Source: Candidatus Saccharimonadota bacterium
GTDB taxonomy: Bacteria; Patescibacteriota; Gracilibacteria; UBA4473
Assembly: GCA_963677105.1 (NCBI GenBank)
Contig: OY781871.1
Span: 90,001-122,000 of the forward strand
Direction: 5' to 3'
DNA: 32,000 nt
The position numbers and the translations under genes were made by a program. Shown piece after piece: positions 24,395 to 30,783 of the stretch (its first letter is position 1; each line of letters opens with the position of its first letter). The notes under the pieces are model-generated. The model had not been told where the DNA came from. It saw only the letters and a list, made by a program, of their open reading frames with translations, and did not search any database.

Positions 24395-26782
24395 CTATCG
24401 ACTAAAAACTTGTGTCACATACCAATCTTCTCCGTCACGCGAAATACCAATTCCTATTTTTTCCCATTTACGAGCAGAAAGGTTTTTAAAATGAGATCCA
24501 GAACTTCGGAGTCCATCGAGTGCGATTTGCAAAGAACTGCCCATTCCTAAGTTTTCTCCAAACTCAACTCCTTCTAAATGTGCTGCTTTTAGACGAGATT
24601 TAAAAGTTTGTCCTGTCGGAGATGTATGAGAAAAGAAATTTTCTTGTGCCATACGATCTGCATAATTTTGTGCAAATTCATTCAATTCTGCACTAGCAAT
24701 TACCGGCGCTAAATTCAATTCATCTCGTACTCTGTTCACCCAAGCACGAACTCCCGGAACGGTATCTGAAGGCAATTTTATACTTTGTGGTGGGAAAACC
24801 GGTAAAACCCATTTTTCGGTACAATACAACTCTCGATTAAATAAAACTTCTCCATCATCCGCAACTACTTCAATCGCATATGCTCCCCATTCTTTTGGAT
24901 TTACAGAAAATGAAAAGTGATCACCATCACGCACATATGAAATCTTTTTCACGTGTCCTCGTGGAGTAGTTACAAATGCATAATCGTCGAGTGTCACATC
25001 TGGAGATAAAACTTTTCCTGATATCGTAAATTCGTTTAAATCACGACGCCATCGAGGGAAATCATGTACTGAAACTTTTTCTGTTTCAACATCTAAAAAT
25101 CCAGGGACAAGATCGAAATTTTTATATGATAATTTCGTCCATCCAGATGTTCGTTGTGGCAATGTTCCATCATTTGATTCTGCTGCATAAATATCTACCG
25201 CTAAATTTTCTTGAGACTGAAACTGTGAAAAAAATGTATATGGCAATTCTAATGTATCAATTCCTCCATAAAGAAACAGTGACTTATGTAATGATTGTTG
25301 TGCAAACGAAATTTTTAATAAATCTGTTGAATCCAATTTTGGCAAATCCCATATTACGGTTTGTCTTTCCGGAAGAATTCGTACATCAAATTCTGTTTCA
25401 AATTCTTTTTTACTCATCGACATCAATGGATGCCTGTTTAACTCAACAACTTCAATCGTTTCAACACGTGATCTTTTTTCATTATCCAATACCGCTCCAA
25501 TTAAAAATTTTCCTGCAGTATCAAATACCACTGGAAACGAAAAATTCTTTCCAGAAATTTCACCCGTAAAAAGATCCTGTTCTCCAATTTTTTCTCCATC
25601 ATTTGTAATTGGTTGCAGAAATACCGTCATTTTTTCGTACTTTCTTTCATGAGTTGATCCTGAAAAATTCAGAACTGTTCCTGCCACAATTTTCTGAGGC
25701 AACGGACGACGCATTGTAAATTTCTCAAAAAAACTCGTCGCAAGCATGGAAACTGTTTCTGTAAAAAGTGGTTTTATTTTTGTTGGTTGTTCTAATTGTC
25801 CGCGTAATTCTGCAATTTTTTCTGAAATAGAATCTGGCAAGGGAGGTTGTACTCTTTTGTCATCTGATAAATTAGGACGAATATATTCTGGCACAGCTGG
25901 TTGCTCATCACTTGGCGTAGAAAAAACTTCAAAAGCAACATTTGTCTTTTGTTGATACTTATCTGCTAACAATAAAAAGGCTTTTTGAGAAAGAACAAAT
26001 GCCAAAGAAGCGTCTTCGGGCAAACGATCATTAATTTTGACTACAATCGAATGATTCTCATTCCATATTCGAACTCGCGTTCCAAACGGAAGATTTTTAT
26101 GTGCTGCGGTCATAGAATTCGGATCAATAGAATCACCGTTCGCTGTTTTCTTTCCATTTAATTCTACTGAATAAGCTGTCACAAAACCTTCTCCAGCAAA
26201 CCGAAATACATTTTCAAACCCGGTTTCTGCTACTTTTCTTGCTCGATATAAAAGTTCTGCAACTTCTCCTCTATTTAAAACTGAATGAACTTCCGCATCT
26301 GTGTCTATAATCCCTAATTTATGTGCTAAATCGAAAAACGGAACTGTCCAATCTTCTTCTTCATTTTCAGATATCGGCGCATGAAAAATACGAAAAGTCA
26401 TAGCCAACATTTCCGCTCGTGTTACGGAACTTGCTGGATAAAATTTTCCATCAGGAAATCCTTCTACTACTTCTAAATTTACTACTGTTTCAATAAACGG
26501 AAAAAACCATTCATTTGATGGAACATCCGAAAAAGATGATTCTTTTGTTTCAATTACATCCACTCCTGAAACTCCTATCAACATTTTTATTGCTGCTGCA
26601 CGTGAAACTTCTTGTTCCGGGCGAAATTCTTTTTTTCTTCCAACACTATATCCTTCCACTAAACCATTCGAATACAACCATTCAATTGCTTGAAAATGAG
26701 GATGTATTTCTGGTACGTCTTCAAAACTTTGTGCAAAACACAACGCAGGAATCGCCACAATCAGACAAAGTATTTTTTTCAT
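24395..26782 (-). CDS. multidomain cell-surface protein: signal peptide, SLH repeats, RlpA-like DPBB domain, C-terminal CAP/SCP (YkwD-like) domain
   Basis: - SLH-like repeats: FEDVPEIHPHFQAIEWLYSNGLVEGY; FSDVPSNEWFFPFIETVVNLEVVEGFPDGKFYPASSVTRAEM
- RlpA-type DPBB: GKKTANGDSIDPNSMTAAHKNLPFGTRVRIWN..VVKINDR
- CAP domain: NYADRMAQENFFSHTSPTG..FGENLG..W.GIGI..YVTQVF. Confidence 0.8.
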   Translation of the reverse strand: MKKILCLIVAIPALCFAQSFEDVPEIHPHFQAIEWLYSNGLVEGYSVGRKKEFRPEQEVSRAAAIKMLIGVSGVDVIETKESSFSDVPSNEWFFPFIETVVNLEVVEGFPDGKFYPASSVTRAEMLAMTFRIFHAPISENEEEDWTVPFFDLAHKLGIIDTDAEVHSVLNRGEVAELLYRARKVAETGFENVFRFAGEGFVTAYSVELNGKKTANGDSIDPNSMTAAHKNLPFGTRVRIWNENHSIVVKINDRLPEDASLAFVLSQKAFLLLADKYQQKTNVAFEVFSTPSDEQPAVPEYIRPNLSDDKRVQPPLPDSISEKIAELRGQLEQPTKIKPLFTETVSMLATSFFEKFTMRRPLPQKIVAGTVLNFSGSTHERKYEKMTVFLQPITNDGEKIGEQDLFTGEISGKNFSFPVVFDTAGKFLIGAVLDNEKRSRVETIEVVELNRHPLMSMSKKEFETEFDVRILPERQTVIWDLPKLDSTDLLKISFAQQSLHKSLFLYGGIDTLELPYTFFSQFQSQENLAVDIYAAESNDGTLPQRTSGWTKLSYKNFDLVPGFLDVETEKVSVHDFPRWRRDLNEFTISGKVLSPDVTLDDYAFVTTPRGHVKKISYVRDGDHFSFSVNPKEWGAYAIEVVADDGEVLFNRELYCTEKWVLPVFPPQSIKLPSDTVPGVRAWVNRVRDELNLAPVIASAELNEFAQNYADRMAQENFFSHTSPTGQTFKSRLKAAHLEGVEFGENLGMGSSLQIALDGLRSSGSHFKNLSARKWEKIGIGISRDGEDWYVTQVFSR

Positions 26783-26880
26783 GTTTGTATATGCAAATGC
26801 TAGCAGGTAAAAAATAAAACTTCAATCTTCAAGCAACTAAAGATTTCTCGAATATGCTAAATTTTTTTCACAATTAATAC

Positions 26881-26916
26881 TTTGTAGTTTGTAATTTGAA
26901 AATTTGTACTTTTAAA
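26881..26916 (+). repeat. heptamer array (5 units)
   Basis: TTTGTAG TTTGTAA TTTGAAA ATTTGTAC TTTTAAA. It lies immediately downstream (minus sense) of the ndk stop and hairpin. Confidence 0.85.
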
Positions 26917-26934
26917 ATTGCGAATCGCAATTTT
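26914..26934 (-). terminator. hairpin overlapping the ndk stop codon
   Basis: AAAATTGCG-AAT-CGCAATTTT: 9-bp stem, 3-nt loop. On the minus strand it is followed by UAAAAG. AT-rich, so termination activity is uncertain. Confidence 0.45.
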
Positions 26935-27406
26935 ATTCCCATTCTTCTGGAGAAAACATTGGCTTCCATGCACGAGTTTTCCATTCAAATAATTCATTTT
27001 TCTTAAAAAAACGCATGATTTCATTTACTGCATTTTCTGAAGAATCCGAAGTGTGAATAAGATTCTTTTTTAGTTGTCCCGGAGAAGTGAATCCCATCAT
27101 GTCCCCTCGAAATGTTCCAATATCCGAAGCTTCAATTCCCGCTGTTTGACGTACTGCTTCAACAGCATTTGGTCCTTCTATTGCCACGACGACAACTGGA
27201 GTTGATTGCATGAATTCCTGTAACGCTGGAAAAAATGGTAAATCCGCAACATGTTTGTAGTGTTCGCATAAAATTTTCTCATCTAGTTGCATCATCTTTA
27301 ATCCAACTATTTTCAATCCTCGACGTTCAAACCGAGATAAACCTTCTCCAACAAGTCCTCGTTGCATTGCGTCGGGCTTAAAAATAACCAATGTTTTTTC
27401 AATCAT
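26933..27406 (-). CDS. ndk: nucleoside diphosphate kinase
   Basis: TLVIFKPDAMQRGLVGE.., with the active-site region NLIHTSDS (the NxxHGSDS equivalent). Confidence 0.92.
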   Translation of the reverse strand: MIEKTLVIFKPDAMQRGLVGEGLSRFERRGLKIVGLKMMQLDEKILCEHYKHVADLPFFPALQEFMQSTPVVVVAIEGPNAVEAVRQTAGIEASDIGTFRGDMMGFTSPGQLKKNLIHTSDSSENAVNEIMRFFKKNELFEWKTRAWKPMFSPEEWE

Positions 27407-27410
27407 ATTT

Positions 27411-27445
27411 TATAAAAAAGAGACGCGTCTATAATGACACGCCTC
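27411..27445 (-). terminator. rho-independent terminator of ssb
   Basis: The minus strand reads GAGGCGUGUC-AUUAUA-GACGCGUCUC (10 bp, two G.U) followed by UUUUUUAU. The plus-strand version has two mismatches, so it is minus-specific. Confidence 0.7.
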
Positions 27446-27472
27446 ATATTTTTTTCAAATGCTTTCTTGTAT

Positions 27473-27880
27473 TTAAAAGACAAGATCTTCTCCCGCTGGT
27501 TCTTCTGGAACTTCTTCCTCAATAACTGTTTCTTCTGCATCTGCATACTGACGAGCAGAAAGAACTATCATATCTTGTGCAACAATTTCTGTACGATAGT
27601 GTTTTATTCCTGATTCATCATCCCAACTTCGAGTTTGTAAACGTCCTTCAAAGAAAACTTTTGTTCCTTTTTTCAAAAGTTGCCCTGCCAACTCTGCCAA
27701 CTTTCCCCAACACACTATGTTGTGAAATTCAGCCTCTTCTCTTACTTCTCCTGAAGAATCACGAAACCGCCGATTTGTTGCTACTCCAATAGTAGTAACT
27801 GACTGTCCTGCCTTTGTTTGTCGGATATCAGGATCCCGAGTTACATTACCGATAACTTGCGCCTTGTTTAAAAAATTCAT
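27473..27880 (-). CDS. ssb: single-stranded DNA-binding protein
   Basis: Start at ATG 27880 (MNFLNKAQVIGNVTRDPD). OB-fold motifs (TFRVATNRRF-like VATNRRFRD, FHNIVCWGKLAE, GRLQTRSWDD) and an acidic tail ending EDLVF. Confidence 0.9.
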   Translation of the reverse strand: MNFLNKAQVIGNVTRDPDIRQTKAGQSVTTIGVATNRRFRDSSGEVREEAEFHNIVCWGKLAELAGQLLKKGTKVFFEGRLQTRSWDDESGIKHYRTEIVAQDMIVLSARQYADAEETVIEEEVPEEPAGEDLVF

Positions 27881-27978
27881 TTTTGATTGATTAGAAAATA
27901 TGAAAGGCATTTTTCATTCTATTATGGTTTTTTTCCGATGCAACCTTTTTTAGATAAATTTTATGTAAATCTTCATAA

Positions 27979-28020
27979 TTTGTAGTTTGGAGTTTGTAGT
28001 TTGTAATTTGAATATTGACA
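27979..28020 (+). repeat. heptamer array (6 units) ending in a -35 hexamer
   Basis: TTTGTAG TTTGGAG TTTGTAG TTTGTAA TTTGAAT ATTGACA. It lies in the divergent ssb / V-ATPase-B intergenic region. Confidence 0.85.
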
Positions 28021-28042
28021 AACCCTCTCAGCTCCGTAAAAT
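28015..28042 (+). promoter_or_regulatory. promoter of the V-type ATPase B gene
   Basis: TTGACA (28015-28020), 16-nt spacer, TAAAAT (28037-28042), 33 nt upstream of ATG 28076. Confidence 0.6.
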
Positions 28043-28075
28043 TTGCGCGAACTTACTTTTTAACCGTTATGTACG

Positions 28076-29458
28076 ATGCAAAAAACGTACGAGAATATCG
28101 AATCCATTGCTGGACCAATTTTGGTGGTGGACGGCGTCGAAGGCGTCAAATACGAAGAGCTTGTTGAAGTAACTACTTCAGCTGGAGACAAACGCATGGG
28201 AAAAGTCCTTGAAGCGGACGGAGACCGTGCAATGGTACAAATGTTTGAGTCTACTCAAGGTTTGGCCACAGATAGCCTGAAGGCTAAATTTACTGGTAAA
28301 GTTGCTCAACTTGGAGTTTCCCCTGACATGTTAGGACGAATCTTCAACGGAGCAGGAAAACCAATTGATGGAGGAGCTGAGGTTTTGGCTGAAAAAACAG
28401 TCGATATTTCTGGAATGGCGATTAATCCTTATTCTCGAAATTTCCCTTCTGACTTCATCCAAACAGGAATTTCATCGCTTGATGTGATGAATACATTGGT
28501 GCGAGGGCAAAAATTACCAATTTTCTCTGGATCTGGACTTCCACATGCAGAACTTGCAACACAAATTGCTCGTCAGGCAAAAGTGAACGACGGATCAAAC
28601 TTCGCTGTAGTATTTGGAGCGATGGGAGTTACGTTTGAGGAAGGAATGTTCTTCCAACGTGAATTTGAACGAACAGGAGCGATTGAGAATGCCACTTTGT
28701 TTATCAATACGGCTGCTGACCCGGTAGTTGAACGAATCGCTGTTCCACGAATGGCACTTTCTTATGCTGAGTATTTAGCATTTGAAAAAGACATGCACGT
28801 GCTTGTTATTTTGACAGATATGACCAACTACGCTGAGGCACTACGAGAAGTGTCTGCGGCACGTAAAGAAGTTCCTGGACGACGTGGTTACCCTGGATAT
28901 CTTTATACTGACCTTTCTACAATTTATGAACGAGCTGGACGAATTAAAGGATCAAACGGGTCTTTGACTCAAATCCCAATTCTTTCAATGCCTGAGGACG
29001 ACATTACTCACCCAATTCCAGATTTGACTGGATATATTACTGAGGGACAATTCGTACTTGATCGAGGATTGTACCAAAATGGTATTTTGCCTCCGGTAAA
29101 TGTGTTAAAATCTCTTTCACGTCTTGCAGGAGCAGGAATGGGAGAAGGAAAAACTCGAGAAGATCACTCAAAATTGAAAGACCAACTTTTTGCGTGTTAC
29201 GCACGTGGTAAAGATGTTCGAGAACTTGCTGTTGTACTTGGAGAAAGCTCATTATCTGACTTGGATAAAACGTATTTGAACTTTGCAAATCGTTATGAAA
29301 AAGAATTCCTTGGACAAGGATTCCAAGAAGAACGAACTATTCTTGATTCATTAGAACTCGGGTGGGAATTATTGAAGATGTTCCCAATCACAGAATTAAA
29401 ACGTATTAACCAAAAAACTTTGGATAAATACCACCCAGAATTGAAAGACAAAAAATAA
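28076..29458 (+). CDS. atpB: V/A-type ATP synthase subunit B (non-catalytic)
   Basis: 460 aa containing [20 protein letters not shown], degenerate P-loop [29 protein letters not shown] and [18 protein letters not shown]. These are typical of NtpB/AtpB of V/A-ATPases, not F1 alpha/beta. Confidence 0.92.
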   Translation: MQKTYENIESIAGPILVVDGVEGVKYEELVEVTTSAGDKRMGKVLEADGDRAMVQMFESTQGLATDSLKAKFTGKVAQLGVSPDMLGRIFNGAGKPIDGGAEVLAEKTVDISGMAINPYSRNFPSDFIQTGISSLDVMNTLVRGQKLPIFSGSGLPHAELATQIARQAKVNDGSNFAVVFGAMGVTFEEGMFFQREFERTGAIENATLFINTAADPVVERIAVPRMALSYAEYLAFEKDMHVLVILTDMTNYAEALREVSAARKEVPGRRGYPGYLYTDLSTIYERAGRIKGSNGSLTQIPILSMPEDDITHPIPDLTGYITEGQFVLDRGLYQNGILPPVNVLKSLSRLAGAGMGEGKTREDHSKLKDQLFACYARGKDVRELAVVLGESSLSDLDKTYLNFANRYEKEFLGQGFQEERTILDSLELGWELLKMFPITELKRINQKTLDKYHPELKDKK

Positions 29459-29496
29459 TTTTATTCTGTCATTCTAAACATTCATTAAAGAATATT

Positions 29497-29525
29497 AAAT
29501 CCCTAGGCAATCTGGGGATTTTTTT
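29497..29525 (+). terminator. rho-independent terminator after the V-ATPase B gene
   Basis: AAATCCCTAG-GCAAT-CTGGGGATTT (10 bp, one G.U) followed by TTTT. Confidence 0.7.
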
Positions 29526-29579
29526 ATATGAAAATCTAATTTTTTGCAGAAACTCCAAAAATCTATTAGTGTTTTCTCA

Positions 29580-29978
29580 ATGAAAATTATCATTTTGACG
29601 TCACGTTTTTATCCAGAATTATCTGATGAACTAGAAAGAAATACAGAAAAACATTTAACGGAAGCAGGTGTTGAATTTGAAAAAATTGAAGTACGCGGAT
29701 GTGTTGAGCTTCCACTTGTTGCGCAACATGTTATTCGAACGAAAAAACCAGACGCTGTTATTGCACTTGGAATTGTTATTCAAGGGAAAACAGATCATTA
29801 CAAATGGGTTTGTGAAAGCTGTGAACGTGGACTTACAAAAGTAGGACTGCAAGAACACACTCCTATTGTTCATGGTGTACTTGTTTCTCCGAATCGTGAA
29901 CTCGTAGAAAAGAGACTGAAAAACGGAAAAGAATACGCAATCACAGCACTTTCAATGATAGAACTGTTACAGAAATGA
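29580..29978 (+). CDS. ribH: 6,7-dimethyl-8-ribityllumazine synthase
   Basis: Start at ATG 29580. VRGCVELPLVAQHVIRTKKPDAVIALGIVIQGKTDHYKWVCESCERGL..PIVHGVL parallels the RibH core (VPGAFEIP..YDAVIALG.VIRG.T.H..YV). 132 aa, short for the family. Confidence 0.8.
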   Translation: MKIIILTSRFYPELSDELERNTEKHLTEAGVEFEKIEVRGCVELPLVAQHVIRTKKPDAVIALGIVIQGKTDHYKWVCESCERGLTKVGLQEHTPIVHGVLVSPNRELVEKRLKNGKEYAITALSMIELLQK

Positions 29979-30565
29979 TCTCGCCCCTTTCTCAAATTAT
30001 TTCTGAATTTTCTGCTGGAAAATTTGTACTTGTATTAGATGAACATCGAGAAAAGGAAGGTGATTTCTTTTGTTTGGCAGAAACAGTAACAAAGGAGCAA
30101 GTAAATTTTTTATTTCAATTTGGACACGGACAAATCTGTGTCGCTTGCTCTCCAGAAATTTTGGAACGACTTCAAATTCCGCCAATGGTTGATTCTCCAA
30201 CTGATGTATATGGAACTAATTTCACAGTAAGCGTTGATGCTGCTGAAGGAATCACTACAGGAGTTTCTGCGGGAGATCGCGTTAGTACGATGAAAATATT
30301 GGCAGACAAACATTCTAAACCCTCTGATTTATTAAAACCAGGACACACATTTCCTCTACGAGCAAAAAATCCAAATGAACGCTGGGGACACACTGAAGCT
30401 TCAGTAGAATTAGCAAAAGTTTCCGAGAAAACTCCTGCTGTTGTTATTTGTGAAATTTTGAATGAGGAAGGTGAAAAATCTTCTTTCGAAGAATTATCTT
30501 CTCTCTCAAAAAAATTTAAAATCCCGATGACAACGCTTGAAAATTTACGAGAAATCCTGAAATAG
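29975..30565 (+). CDS. ribB: 3,4-dihydroxy-2-butanone-4-phosphate synthase (stand-alone, no RibA domain)
   Basis: LVLDEHREKEGDFFCLAE, TNFTVSVDA..TTGVSAGDR, PGHTFPL and GHTEASVELA are DHBP synthase motifs. ATGA overlap with ribH. Confidence 0.9.
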   Translation: MISPLSQIISEFSAGKFVLVLDEHREKEGDFFCLAETVTKEQVNFLFQFGHGQICVACSPEILERLQIPPMVDSPTDVYGTNFTVSVDAAEGITTGVSAGDRVSTMKILADKHSKPSDLLKPGHTFPLRAKNPNERWGHTEASVELAKVSEKTPAVVICEILNEEGEKSSFEELSSLSKKFKIPMTTLENLREILK

Positions 30566-30670
30566 AAATTACATCAAAAGTCAACAAAAAATAAACAAAA
30601 AAACGATTGACTTTCATTAAAAATATACTCGACATATTTCACCGGGAAATCAACATCTTTTCTCTTGACC

Positions 30671-30686
30671 ACACTAAATATTGTAG
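30671..30686. promoter_or_regulatory. NrdR box 1
   Basis: ACACTAAATATTGTAG against the NrdR-box palindrome consensus acaCwAtATaTwGtgt. It directly abuts a TTGACC hexamer (30665-30670). Confidence 0.75.
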
Positions 30687-30702
30687 GCAAAATTTAAATC
30701 CA

Positions 30703-30718
30703 ACACAATATATTGTGC
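30703..30718. promoter_or_regulatory. NrdR box 2
   Basis: ACACAATATATTGTGC is a near-perfect NrdR box. It starts exactly 32 bp after box 1 (about 3 helical turns), the tandem arrangement typical of NrdR operators. It lies 66 nt upstream of the nrdD ATG. Confidence 0.85.
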
Positions 30719-30783
30719 TTGGATGATTTGGGAAAAAACAACAATATTCCCATTAAAAACACTTTCATTCCATATATTCTCAG

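Noticed and set aside
24372-24397. TTGAAC units inside arrays at 24372 and 21528 as + strand promoters
   Set aside because: There is no acceptable -10 hexamer at 16-18 nt, and no + strand gene lies downstream.
27461-27480. CTTGTATTTAAAAG at the ssb stop as an eighth array copy
   Set aside because: It has only one to two degenerate units, in a different register from the TTTGWAC-TTTTAAR module. It is indistinguishable from background AT-rich sequence.
2137-28020. Heptamer arrays as CRISPR, REP or MITE elements
   Set aside because: The unit is 7 bp with no unique spacers, so it is not CRISPR. There is no stem-loop potential and no terminal inverted repeats or target-site duplications, so it is not REP or MITE. 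No cas or transposase genes are present.
29459-29579. FMN riboswitch upstream of ribH
   Set aside because: The region is too short and lacks the conserved RFN core. It contains the atpB terminator and a simple promoter instead.
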